A stretch of DNA of 64,000 bases from Salpingoeca rosetta (taxonomy: Eukaryota; Protista; Choanoflagellata). Each line of letters begins with the position of its first letter. Within the stretch, counting starts at the first letter, position 1. The stretch lies in assembly GCA_033442325.1 (NCBI GenBank), contig JAWQFM010000009.1, positions 1,591,672 to 1,655,671 on the forward strand, in the 5' to 3' direction. Below, piece after piece: positions 1-33,637 of this stretch. The notes below the pieces were generated by a model, which saw only the letters and a list, made by a program, of their open reading frames with translations, was not told where the DNA came from and did no database searches. The translations under genes and the position numbers were made by a program.

Positions 1-35
<35 letters not shown>

Positions 36-118
36 CAGACTGACAGACAGACATCCCAGCCATGCACCCCCTCTTTTCGTACGTACGCGCACACACGCAC
101 ACACGCACACACATCTAC

Positions 119-744
119 CTCTGGTGGGGGAAGGCATTCGCCGTCCTCGCAGCCATGGGGACAGTCGAGCATGGTGCAGGGGTCCACGGGGTCCTTGCAC
201 GTGGAGCCACAGCCGTTTGAGCAGCACAACTTATCGCCCTCACAGTCATCATGGTTGAAGCAACCCTCAACACAGATGCCTGTGTGTGTGTGATGGGAGT
301 TGTGACAGCGTGAGGACATGCGAAGAGCAAGCAGGGGCCGCTTGTTGGTGTTGGTTATGGTTGTTTGCTGGATGGCCCCTCATTGTGCACGTGCCTGTGG
401 CATGTCTTCCACACTCATTGGTTCGCGTACCAAACACGTCGTTCGACAGGGGTGGGCATCGTGGATCTGGTGCATGAACAGCGAAGCAACCACAGATGAA
501 GGTAAACAAGCAAGGCAAGCATAATGGCTCAGATGGAAGAAACCCGAACAAACGCAGGAAGCTTCAGCATAGCACACACCAACAACACAAACACAAACAC
601 ACACACACACACACACACACAAACAAACAAACAAACAAACACACACACACACACAAACACAAACACCACAACGTGCGCACCCTGATCCGCGACAATGGCA
701 CCAATCACGGAAGCCAGCACCACAAGGGCGAGGCTGCACCGCAT
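119..744 (-). CDS. Secreted WAP (four-disulfide core) domain protein, first three exons; continues past the window's left edge
   Basis: Phase-compatible GT-AG exons 744-681, 466-431, 279-119 give MRCSLALVVLASVIGAIVADQ-DPRCPPLSNDVF-GICVEGCFNHDDCEGDKLCCSNGCGSTCKDPVDPCTMLDCPHGCEDGECLPPPE: a signal peptide followed by the 8-Cys WAP pattern. Confidence 0.85.
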
Positions 745-1486
745 GGTTGGTGTTGGTGGTATTTCTCAACGAACAGCAGACAACAAGACGCTCGTCGTGT
801 GTTGTATCTGTGGTGGTGTGAATTGTGGGCAAGTTACCGTGAGCTCTGAGGTGGCAGTTGCAGGAGGAAGGAACAGTCTCAAGCACACAAAATGAAAAAA
901 ATGGGAAGGAAGGAAGACTGCTGTCATCTCTTTCACGCTCGTCTCTGGCTGCCAAGCAAGGTTGACATAGCGTTCACATAGCCGTATCACCACAACCCCT
1001 CTCCTCTCCTTCATCTCCGCGACATCACATTGCCTCCTCACCGTTCCCAGCACGCGCATCATCACCATCACCGTCAACCTGCCTGCCAGCTTCACTCACT
1101 TCGTTTGTGGTCGTCGTCACGCCTGATGTGAATTGCAGATTTCCATGTAAGTTGTTTACAATATTCGGCAATTCCCACAAGCCAAATGCGACACAGAAGA
1201 AGAATTATTGGCGTTTGGATTGTCGGACGCAGCGGCAAGACAACAACAGCACACAGACCTTCCAACAAACACACCACCAGCACAAAACCACAAGCACAGC
1301 TTCTTGACGCCTCCAAAGCACAGGCACAAGGCACGCTTGGTATTCCCTTGCTTGGCGCGCGCCCGCGCTCAGTGGGACAAATAGGTGTCTGGTACGTTGG
1401 TCGGGTGGATGTGCTGTTTTGGTTCTTTGGTGGGAACATGAAATCCAATGCATGAATGCGCTATCAGCTCGTCACGTCAATCTCAA

Positions 1487-2189
1487 TCAATTGCCGGCCG
1501 AAAGTGCGTCAGCTTTCTCATCCATGACGTGTTGCTGCTGCTGCTGCTGTTGTTGTTGTCGTTGTTCTTGTTGTGCCTGAGCATGTGCATCATCCCCTTC
1601 TCCACCCCTTTCCCTTTCTTCAACCTTTTCCTCTTCTTCATCGCCACCGTGGCCTTCCGCATCGCTCCCATCGTCATCTTCATCACTGCTGTCGTCTTCA
1701 TCCGTGTCCTCCTCCTCCTCTTCATCACTGCTACCGCCTTCGTCGTCATCGTCACTGCCGTCCTCATCAACATCGTCACTGTCATCGTCGTCGTCATCGC
1801 TGTCGTTCAGCAGCGCCTCTATCGCCTCCAGTGGGAAGCGAATGTGTTTCTTCTCAACGCGAATCCCGCGCACGTGCGCCGCAAAGCTGTCGATGGTGGC
1901 GGCGTTCACGCCCTGTATCCATACGCACAGGTCGTTCAAATAGATGTCGTTGAGCACATATCGCACCTCGTCCACAGCAAGCAGCCGCCGCGCGCCCTGT
2001 AACCGCCATGATCATGGAGACGCGGAGGTGAGGGGGATGGATGGGGGAGGAGGAGAAGGTGGCAAGTCTTCGGGTGCATCGAGACTGGAGATGGCACTTG
2101 GTGCTGGCGAAAACGACCCACAAACCAACAACCAAAACCAAAGCAAGGCAGAGACGTACACACAAGACAAGGCAGAGGCGCTCACTGAC

Positions 2190-2242
<53 letters not shown>

Positions 2243-5029
2243 CACATACACATACACACACACAGGCATACACACACGCACACGCGCACGCGCACACACA
2301 AACACACACATAAACACACAAACACACAAACACGCATATCGCACCAGCAAGCACTGCAGGATGGCTGGTTTTCCGATGAGGAGGACGTCGTGAAGGTCGG
2401 CAATGACGCGGGTGGTGAGGGCATAGGAGCGGTAGAGCGGATACGAGAGCGAGCGCGCAGCAAACGCATGCAGCACCTCCCGCGCACTCGTAAACTCCTG
2501 GTATGGGGGATTGGTTGGGGTGGATGGGTGATGATGAGATGAAAGGAAGAGTGTGGGGTTGGAAGAGGGAAGGAAGTGAGAGCACACACAGACACACAGA
2601 CACGAGCAGACACACGCAGACACACAGACACACACACACAGACACACAGACACACACACGCGCGCATACACACATGACAAGCACGCATACGTCAAGGAAG
2701 GAGAGGGCGCTACTGAGCGTGCGGATGGTCCATCCGGATTCGACGGAGAAGTCGCCCTCTGTTGTCCGGTTTTCGTACAGGAATGCGCACATGATGTCGA
2801 GAGCAGTGAGGAGTGCACGAGGCACGCCACACGCGAGCACTTCGACGCGTCGCAGTTGTCGCATGGCCTCCTGCTCCTCCTCTGTAAACTCAATCTGCCC
2901 CGTGCGGTCGTGTGACGAAGAGCAAGGGAAAGGGGTCAGGGAGGAGGAGGAGGAGGAGGAGGAGGAGGAGGAGGAGGAGGAGGAGGAGGAGGAGGAGGAG
3001 GAGGAAGAAGTGTTGAGCAAGGGTGGTGAGCAACCAACGTACTGTTACGTGCTTGCATGGAGGATACACGCTGCTAGGGATGCGCCCACGAGATCACGTT
3101 TGTCACCACATTCAAGCACACACACACACACACTGCGGTGCTCACCTGTCTTCTTGGATCCGTTACTGTTGTGGACGTTGCAGCTGTGGCGTGGACACCA
3201 CCCTCACCAGCACCATCAGCATCATCACAGCCATCGTCCATGGCATGCGCGTGTGCCGTGACGAGCCACTCCTGATGCAGTGTGTCCCTGTCAACACCAA
3301 TCCTGTCCAGGTGCTCTGCCCACCGCGTGCGATGCGATAGCACGTGTGACAGCATGTCCGGCTCTGCAAAGTCGCCCCTGCACACACGTGCGTGCAAGAT
3401 GGAACGTGTCATCTGGGGATGTTACACAGGCAAAGGCGCAAGCACAAAAGCTTCAACAGTCTCTCTGCTTTGCAACACGCACACACACACACATACACAC
3501 ACATACACACGCACATACACACACACACGCGCACACACAGACCCAGTGCCGCGTACAGGTAGTGGTCGACGCTGAAGTGCTCGTCCTCGTGCGCAATGCG
3601 GAGGCGGCGGCGGTTGGCGGGGCTCGTGTTGTCAGGGTCGTCGAGCTGCGTGATGTCCTGGATAGAAGGGGCAGGGCGGGGGCGTGGAGGTTGTAGCGTG
3701 AGAATGAAAGGTGTGCACACGAAGCAAAGAGTGCGAACACGAACAGGAACACGAACGAGACCAAGAGGAACAAGAACAGGGAACAGTCGCAGTAGCAGCC
3801 TCGTCACCATGGCACACACCGGCATTTCCTGCTGCAGCGTTGTGAGTGTTCCGGAGTATTTGCCATCAAACCCGTACGAGTAGCCGGACGCCCCAAACAG
3901 CGGCTCCTGCAGCGTAATTCAGCAGCAGATCGTGAAGGTCAACAGTGTACACTTGTGCATGCAGATGTACAAGCGCACAGGCTCGCTCGCACACGTCCAC
4001 CCACAGCAACGCAACAACCCGTAACAGCAACGATGTGCACACACACACACACACACACAAGCGTGCATGCTCGCACACACACACACAAGCGTGTACGCTC
4101 ATACACACACACACACGCACAATGCACACACACACGCACAATGCACACACACACACACACACAATCGCAGCCACACACCTCTTGAAAGGTTTGCTCGACC
4201 TCCCACTGATATGGGTCCTCTGCAGCTGCTTGCGCTTGTAATTCTTCTGGCAGCGGCTCCTCTGCGGGCACATGCGCTCTGCTGGCACCCTCGTCGCGCC
4301 CAAATTCTGTGGATGACAGAACCTGGATCAGTGGTCGCGCTCGGGGCTTACCCGCTTCTTCTGTTGCTGCGTCAGGATGGCGTGTGGCTGTGCCCTCCTC
4401 CCTTTCGGGTGCCAACTGCTGCTGCTGCTGCTGTTGTTGTTGTTGTTGTTGTCGCTGCCGTCTTGACATGAGAAGCGTCTGCATGTCCAAGTCGGGAAAC
4501 GGGCCGGGCTCCTTCTTCGGCAGCGTCACGTAGAACTCACGCTTGTCAATGTCGTACTTTGACGTCTCCCGTCCATCCTCAACCAGCTCCCCTTCGAAGC
4601 ACAGGCGCAGAAAGTACGGCGCAACGTGCAACTGGAACATGTTGCCTGAGATGGCCATGTCCACTTCGGAGATCTGTCACAGTAGCACGCAGCCCAATGT
4701 CAGAGTGAGTGAGAACGCAACGTGATGGGGAAGCAGGGAAGGGCAAGCAGAAGCAAGCGGCAACAGTCGCATAGTGATGCTATGGCAGTATTGACACAGA
4801 GACAAGGGTTGAAATGGAGGACAGTGACACACACACACACAGACACACAGACACACACAGACACACAGACACACACAGACACACAGGTACACAGGCAGAC
4901 AGACACACAGGTACACAGGCAGACAGACACACACAGACACACACAGACACACACCTTCACGTAGGGTGCGCGGATGGTCACGTACACAAACTGATCATCC
5001 TGCCGCAGGCTGAACTGTGGCGTGAGCAT
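1487..5029 (-). CDS. SHQ1: H/ACA RNP assembly factor SHQ1, multi-exon
   Basis: N-terminus [25 protein letters not shown]|[57 protein letters not shown] matches the SHQ1 CS domain. Later exons [33 protein letters not shown] and [17 protein letters not shown] are SHQ1-domain motifs. Acidic tail, stop at 1487. Confidence 0.93.
2941..3003. repeat. (GAG)n microsatellite in SHQ1 intron
   Basis: Direct reading of the sequence. Confidence 0.95.
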
Positions 5030-5108
5030 GGTTGTTGCGGTGGTGTGGGGTGGTGTGTGTGGGGTGGTGTGTGTGAGCACGTTGCTTGGATTGCAGAAAA
5101 TTACGAGT

Positions 5109-9205
<4,097 letters not shown>

Positions 9206-9307
9206 TGACAAGTGGTGTGTGGATAACAGAACAGAGTAAACGAAGCCGCAATGAAGCAAGCACACGTGCAAGCACAAGCGTGCAACCACACAACACAGCG
9301 TGCTGAG

Positions 9308-9380
<73 letters not shown>
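9308..9380. repeat. (TTG)n microsatellite between the convergent PRMT2 and PARP1 stops
   Basis: Direct reading of the sequence. Confidence 0.95.
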
Positions 9381-9391
9381 GCTGCTACTTA

Positions 9392-19373
<9,982 letters not shown>

Positions 19374-19664
19374 GTTTCCTTCAGTGTCGTGCTTGCTGTC
19401 CTTCCTGTGTGTTTTGAGGCGAAGCAACGCGTTATGGATTGCGTCGTGTGCATTTCGCCGCGCCGTCTGCTTGCCGCCTTCGATGCAAACACCTGTTGAT
19501 GTGCTGTTCAGCAGCAGCCACAGACAGGTCCTCAGCACTTTCACCGTTGCACGACACAACAGGGTACACATCTCGTCTTCCATCCTCCCATCCTCCTGAA
19601 GCCCACCATACTCAGCCGCACTGACGCCTTTGTCTTCGTGCAGCAGTATCCTCACCCGAGCACC

Positions 19665-21502
19665 ATGGACAGCAACACCGCTGCCAGTCACAGCGGCGGG
19701 ATGATGCAGCCCACAGAAACCGCGCTGTGGGAGACAGATGCGCACTTTGATCACGCAGCTTCGTCCTCGTCCTCTTCCTCCTCCCCAACACGCTCCAACC
19801 AGCGGACGGATCTTGGCGAGGTTGTGGAGGAGCTCGAGGGCAAGCGGAGTGTGACCACTCAGACCCAGCGGCTGTCGTTCCTGCCACCACTTCGCAAGCT
19901 GCGGAAGCCACAAGCGGCGAGCAAAGAAACCAGTGAGCCCAGGAGGCGGATCACTGCAGACCCCTTCGACCCCAACCCGCGCAAGCGGCCGCGCAACCAC
20001 TACACGCAGATGCAGAAGGACCTCGTCATCCAGGCTGGCGAAAGCAGCAGCGCCGACGCTCGCCGCATTGGAGCCCTCTTTGGCATGCCGCCGGCAACCG
20101 TCAAGACCGTGCTTTACCACGCAAGGCGGAAAGAACAAGGGCTAGAAGAAGGGCATGCGACGCCAGCAAGCAGCTCCACAGCACCAAGAAGCCAGCGGGG
20201 GAGGAAGGCAGGCACGCCCAGGAGGCTTTTCCCTGAGGACGAGGAAGTGATGAGAGAGCTCCTTCATGACGACTGCACGATGACTGCAGACCAGCTTGCA
20301 GACCACATGAACCTTGAAAAGCTCCGCCGAATCATGATCAGACTGGAGGAGCAGCTGCCCGCAGAGCAACGGTTGCGGGACGAGGAGAAGGTCTTCCTTG
20401 GGCCACTGAACCGTGAGACGTGCCTCGAGAACCCTGTGGTGAAGGAGCTCTATGACAAGACGCACATTGAAGGCACCCGCAGCGTGTATCGCGCGCTGAA
20501 GCGAAACATCTTCACCCTCAAGCGAGTAATTCCAGCAGCTGGAACGACAATGAACAGCGAGGCCAGCATGCAGAAGCGCCTGGCGTTTGCGAAGGAGCTG
20601 CGCGACCTCCTCCTCGAGGACAACGCCTACATCGTCTACATCGACGAGATGCCGTTCTATCTCCCATGCGGCAGGCACCACGGATTGCCGCCGCGTCGTG
20701 ATGGCGCCGTGCACGAGGACGTGCCCGTGATGTCCTGTAGCACACAAGTGGCCATGGCAGTCTCGCACATGCACGGGCTTCTTTACGGCAAGCTCTACCC
20801 ACCAGAGATGCACAGCACTGGCAGCGACGGGCAGAGGAAGACCAAGAAGGCCCTCAAGGCCACCTACACGCAGGTCCACTTCAAAGACTTCCTCAACAAC
20901 CTTCTCCACACGCTCTGGCACAAGCGCGAAAGCCTTGGCCTCAGCGGGGCGAATATCGTGTTCCTGATGGCCAGCGCGCCAGAACAAGGACAGCGAGCGG
21001 CAGAGGCTGCCACGCAGATGCTGCAGGCCTACGACAGCTTCCACCTGTGGCGCGAGTGGATTGCGACCGGTCGGTGCAGCCTGTCCGTCAAGTTTAGCTC
21101 CCCCGAATCGCCCTCGCTGAACCTGACTGAGGTCTACAACAGAGCATTGCGGCAGAGGGCGAACCAGCTTCGCAAGACCCCAGACTTTATTGGCAAGCTG
21201 GAGTCCAAAGACATTCCGCGAGGGCAGGTGCAGAAGACGCGTGTGAAGGTGCTGTGCGACATCATCGAGCGAGCCATGGCTGACCTGCAGCGAAGGGCTC
21301 TCAAGCAAGCAAGCAAGGCGAGAATGGCAGAGGAAGCACTACATGTCATTCAGCTCAACGGGTTTCTCGACAAGCACTGGCGACCGGTCCAGCTGAGACA
21401 CAACCAGGCCCACTCAACGGATATGGGCGACAACACGGATGCTGACAATGTCAATGATGCTGCTGCTGCTGACAACGACGAAGGCGGCAGTGGTAGTGGT
21501 AG

Positions 21503-21538
<36 letters not shown>

Positions 21539-21542
21539 GTGA
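19665..21542 (+). CDS. Intronless IS630/Tc1-mariner-family transposase-derived protein (625 aa), catalytic D2 replaced; probably domesticated
   Basis: Paired HTH-like region (RPRNHYTQMQKDLVI...ARRIGALFGMPPATVKTV; RRLFPEDEEVMRELLHDDCTMTADQLAD; SVYRALKRNIFTLKR). DDE-domain motifs YIVYIDE (D at 20643), FLMASAPEQ (canonical MDNAxxH) and SPESPSLNLTE (canonical PYSPxLNPIE, E at 21129). GCACCATGG start context. Confidence 0.82.
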
Positions 21543-21621
21543 TGCCCTCATGCACGCACAACCGTGTTACTTTCTTCGCGCTTGCCCCTTTTTGAGTTTG
21601 TTGAACGCAACATGAGCTTTC

Positions 21622-21716
<95 letters not shown>

Positions 21717-21908
21717 CCCACTCTCCCTCCCCGCCTGTCCTGCTCGTGTTCTCCTGTATCGCTTGTGCTTCTAGTTCATTGGTTAATACTCGTTGTTCAG
21801 TTCAACACATCGCCATCTAACTTCACTTCATGTCAGTTAAATAGAGGGAATGTGAGTGTGTTGGGTTATGTTGTGTTTGTGTGTGTCGTGTCGTGTCGTG
21901 TGGCAGAG

Positions 21909-22127
21909 TCAGGTGAGAAGCCGCGACGCTGCAACCAGTGCCTGTGTCGTTCGCGTGCATATCCACTGCCACACACCGTCCAGCATCTGCAAGCACGGCA
22001 GCATGGCACACACACACAAGTGGGAGAAACAATGTAAACGACCCACAGTACAATGCAGAACGACTGTGACGACTCTCAAACGGCATCTGTGCCTGCGTGT
22101 ACTGGATTGCTCAAGCACAAGTACAAG

Positions 22128-22191
<64 letters not shown>

Positions 22192-22593
22192 TGTACCAAT
22201 ACGCACCAGGAAGATTGGGTCAAACACAGAGGTTGGCCGACCGCCGTGAATGTAACGAACGCAGCTTAGCGCAGCGGCAGGCACCCCTGTCACACGTACA
22301 CATACACACACATATACACGTACACACATGCACACACACATACACACACACACAGAAAGTGGTTGGATGTGAGCGCTGCTGGGTGGCTACGGAGAGCAGA
22401 CACTTCATACGTTGTGTGTGTGCATGTGCTCGCTTGCCACACCGTTAATATGGTAGTAGTCCTCGAGTATTCGATAGCGACGAAAGCCGTGCCTGTGCAC
22501 ACAACATACGGGTGCATGTGCCGTGTCAACTCTGTGCTCTCTGATAACACAAGGAGGTGTGCACGTGCGAACAAACGCACGCCCACTCCGCCG

Positions 22594-22678
<85 letters not shown>

Positions 22679-23962
22679 ACACACACCGCTGATAGAAGGC
22701 GACGGCGCGCGTGTTTGAGGCGAGGACGTGAAGAAGGACAGCCTTGCATGACCGCTTGCTGACGACGTTGCATGCCAGCAGCAGTTCCAGCAGCGCCGAC
22801 CCTATCATTGATATGTGGCAACGCGCAAGTACGTGAGCGGTTAACACTATCCCCGTGTATCATGCTCACCAGAGACAGCAAGAGCACATGATGAAGAGAA
22901 CCGGCGCTCAGATTGCGTCACACATATACACGTAAATACGAACACACACACGCACACACAGACACACAGACAGACAGACAGACAGACAGACACACACACA
23001 CACACACACACAGACACACAGACACACGCACACAGACACACACACACGCGCACGCGCACACAGACACACACACACGCACACACACAGAGGACAACGCACC
23101 TATTCCGTGGGATTGGAATCGCGGTATGACACCGAGTGTAAGGATGTACACCAAACTATACTTCTGTTCTGGATCATGCACGACGCCTTGATCCTGAAGA
23201 ACAAAACAGGTTGGCGTACGTATCAGAAGATGCTTGGGATTTGACGCACAGCCCATTCCAACATAATCCTGGCTCTGCAACGTTCAGGATCACAGCCAAG
23301 GCACTCACCTGCCTGCCCCTTCCCACCTCAAAACGAATATCGCCACCAATCCCCACGGCATGCACTGGACGCACCTCAATGTCCACGGTTGAAGCTGGGG
23401 TGATTTTGAAGACGATGAAGCCCAGGAGAGTGCCATCATGGCTGAAGGCACCAAACGCGTCAAGCTCACTGTAGGGGATCACTGCACTGTCAAAGAACCG
23501 ATCGGGGTAGGATATGGGAAACAGGACATCGTGCAGGGCTTTCAGCTGTGCGCGGTCGCCGCTCTCCAGTCGTCGGTAGCAGATGTGAGCCGTGTCCAGT
23601 GCGGGCAGAAAAGTTGTCGCGATCCTCACTGTAGCAGACGCCATCGACAGTGCTGGCTGCGCACTGCTGCTGTTGGTGCGAGCCATGTCATGACTGCTGA
23701 TACCAGTGCCACCGCTCAACAGTGGTGCTGTCCCTGTCGCTGTTCTCATGGGTGTGTGACACTGTGACAGGCCACCTGTGCTTCCTCTGCTGTCCTTGTG
23801 TCTGCCGCTCATGCTGACTTGCGGTGGCTGGGTGGTGGTGGTGGTGGTGGTGTTGTTGTCGGTGTTCGTCATGGCGACACCTCCTCCTCTTGCATCCACG
23901 CCTTCGTACACCCGTGCATTCCCCAGCAGCGACACGGTTACGGTATCCCCCTTTCCAACCAT
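21909..23962 (-). CDS. NAA60: N-alpha-acetyltransferase 60 (NatF), GNAT family; start codon uncertain
   Basis: [32 protein letters not shown]|[26 protein letters not shown]|[19 protein letters not shown] and an amphipathic C-terminal exon [25 protein letters not shown]. The YIxGG-x-P motif plus C-terminal helix favour NAA60 over NAA50. Confidence 0.85.
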
Positions 23963-24956
23963 GATCCCCTCACCCCCCTTTCCTTCCCCATCCAACAAAG
24001 CAGAGCAGCTTTGCTCCTCGTTGGCACGAACGGACACCAACACAAGCACACACACACACAACCCGCACCCTCGTTTGCCTGGTGGTTTGTTTGTCTGCGG
24101 CTTCTGTTCGCCGATGATTATTAGCCCATGATGCTGCCAATTTTCAGCAAGTTCGTGAGCACAAGCACAAAGCAAGACAACAGCTGCTGCTGCTGTCTTA
24201 CCCAGCACCATCCACCTCGCCTTTGTTGACTTTCAGCCTGCACACTCACACGCCCGCACGCCTCCGATCCGACGTCAAGCTCGTTTGACTTCTTGGTGCC
24301 TTCTTGTTCGTTCATCTCAACGAGGCGTTTCTCTCGGCACGGCACGTGTTTCTGAGCGTTTGCTGTGGTCGACGACCGCCCCAGGCGAGCAGCTCCACCT
24401 TCCGCTGGCACAGGTGCGTGTTGATGCTCGGGGGGTGGGCCACACGTCCCTGCTTTCATCACGTTTCATTGAATTTGATTTGCCTCCTCCTTTGTCTGGC
24501 TGTTGTGCTCTGTGACAAAGACGCAGTCATCACCACCACGTGTCACTGTCACACACATGCTCACATGCATACACATGCGTGCATGCTCACTGCTCTCTGT
24601 GTGAACACCAAAACCACCTCTGCCATCACTGCCGTCACAGGCACCATCCATCACTCGCGCAGGCACCTGTCTCCGTGATCAATCCAGCCCAGTTCACTTG
24701 ATCGACAAAGGGCATCCACACTAACGTGCACGCGCACAGAAGTGCTGAGCACACTGTCGACAGCACATCCTCCTCGACAACACATGCGCAGCAGCAGGCC
24801 TGGTCAGTCGTAGGACCCTCAAGCACAATCGCCGCTGCCGAGCACCTGAGCTGAGCGCGTGTCGACAAGCTTTTTCCACAGTTGCTGTGACCCTTGTTGT
24901 TGTTGTTGCTGTTGTTGTTGTTGCTTCTGTGAGTTGTGTCACTTGGCCGTGCCACC

Positions 24957-31510
<6,554 letters not shown>

Positions 31511-32833
31511 TGAAGCAGCACCACCACGATGTTTTGTGTGGTTCGATGAGGAGTTGTGCTGAGCTGGCGTGTTGGGAGTTATGGGTTTTGCGTTTAGCTG
31601 AGCTGAGTTGGGCTTGAGATGGTTGAGGCGGCGGTCGTGTGCCGCTGATAGTTTGGTGCAACCGGCCTTGATTTTGTTCAGGGGTAGTGTGAAGAGCAGC
31701 CGCCGTTCTGGTATCGAGCGGCTGGTGCAGCGCCACATCCGATGACGCGCGTGTTGAGCACGCGTGCTGACGACTGGCAGGCAAATTTGGGGGGGGGGGG
31801 GGTGGCGGTAATGATGTGGTGCTTGCTGGTGTGGGTGGGTGGTGAAGCTGATTGAGGTGGACGGGCGGTAGCGTTTGGCCAAGAGGATGGGCGAGGATGG
31901 GCGAGGATGGGCGAGGATGGGACCCGCTTCCATCGCCTCTGTTTTCTTTGGACTTTTTTTTTTGCTCGGCTAGTGTTGTTTGCTTGCTTCACCGCAGGAA
32001 GGGCTCATATCCAGGCCCATGCTGCTTTCGCTCTTCCATTTGGTTTCTTTTTTCTTGCTCGCAGTTAGGTGTTAAGCACATCCTTACCTGACCTACTCCT
32101 GTTGCTGTGACGTTTGTGTTCAGTTGCACGCGCGCGTGATTGCGGTTTACGCGCGTGCTCGTATTTGTGATCCTGTCCCTTGTTGACCTGTACTTCGTTT
32201 TGTTTGCTCGGATGTATCACCTGCTGTGCAGACAGTTGACTCTTGCTTGTGTTGTTGTTGACGTTGGTGCTGTCGATGGTGGTGTTATGTGCTTGACAGT
32301 GCACGTTGGGTCGTCCGTGTCATTTAAGTTGCTCTTGTCTTTATCCTCCCTTTGGTTAGCTTACAATGAAACAGCCATTGCTTTCCCTCGTCGCGCGTGT
32401 GATTGCAAGCAAGACGCTCTCTGCTCTGTTGCCAGCCTTGAGTACAGAAGGAGGAGGAGACGAAGAATTAATCTGTGAATCTCTCTCGCAACCGACACAC
32501 CAAGCTGTGCACGCTGACATGGGGGGAACGTTTAATGGAAAGGCCATCATCATATAAGTAACTATGGATGGGGGACGACACATCTACAATTCGGCAACAG
32601 TATGCACAAGTGTGCCATGCGAGAAATGCGCAACTGAGAGCAGGCAACACAGACGGAGTGGATGCGGAAACGACAAAGCACCCAGAGCAGAAGCGATGTG
32701 ATGAGGAGAAAGAGAGAGGGGCAGAGAGGGAGGAAGAAGAACGAGAGAGAGAGAGAGAGAAGGAGAGCGAGTGTGTGTGTGTGTGTGTAGTGGGGGCGAC
32801 CGAACACAAAGCTGCATTGAGGGATAGCCATGT

Positions 32834-33036
32834 TCATGCCGCATTGCCTTGGAGGGATAGGGTTTCCTGGAGCTGCTGTGACACGTCCTCATCTGAGTTG
32901 CTTCGCGCCTGAGCGTCCAGCAAGTGCTGTGGCTGTTGCGCCGCTACACCTACTCGCGACACGTGGTCTCCTGGAATCATGACGAGTCCAATCGGTCTCC
33001 TGAATTCCAGCTCGTCATCCTGGCAAACCAATTGTA

Positions 33037-33099
<63 letters not shown>

Positions 33100-33422
33100 G
33101 GTGTCGGAGGATGGCGGAGTCTGATGTTGGCACATCGACACATGCATGCAGAGGTTCTATTCACACACTTGCACCACAGGCATACGCACGCCACTGACAC
33201 ACTGATGCACATGCGCGTGTACAACCGTATGCCCACCTTTGGCCATGCGTCTGCGCCCGTGATTGGCGGGCCTTTCCACTCGTTGGCGTGGGTGAGCACG
33301 ATGTTACAGCCATTGTCCACGCAAGAAAACACACCCTGCACAATGCGTCCGTCAGACACCCCAACGCGCACCAGCTTCCCAAGCAAGCCCTTCAGCATCG
33401 ACCTCGCTTCTTCTTCTGCCAT
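32834..33422 (-). CDS. NAA38: Sm-like NatC auxiliary subunit NAA38/LSMD1 (Mak31-like), two exons
   Basis: MAEEEARSMLKGLLGKLVRVGVSDGRIVQGVFSCVDNGCNIVLTHANEW (Sm1) | DDELEFRRPIGLVMIPGDHVSRVGV (Sm2). Confidence 0.8.
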
Positions 33423-33427
33423 CTCAG

Positions 33428-33574
<147 letters not shown>

Positions 33575-33637
33575 TTGTTGTTGGATTGTGCTCGTTTACT
33601 GAAAATTCATGAACATCATCAAACAAGTTTCGGCAAT

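Noticed and set aside
20142-21308. 388-aa antisense ORF over the transposase (similar shadows over RasGAP and ZIP)
   Set aside because: Expected by-product of GC-rich codon usage on the coding strand; no motifs.
19374-21900. Active transposon or Fanzor/TnpB cargo around the transposase
   Set aside because: No terminal inverted repeats, target-site duplication or RuvC-type ORF seen by eye.
31883-31921. 10-bp tandem repeat GCGAGGATGG (also the GTGTGAATTY array at ~46075-46127)
   Set aside because: Short minisatellites without spacers; not CRISPR-like and no evidence of function.
32140-32478. Hydrophobic 112-codon ORF between the RasGAP and NAA38 3' ends
   Set aside because: Non-ATG start in the track, no motifs and no convincing exon structure.
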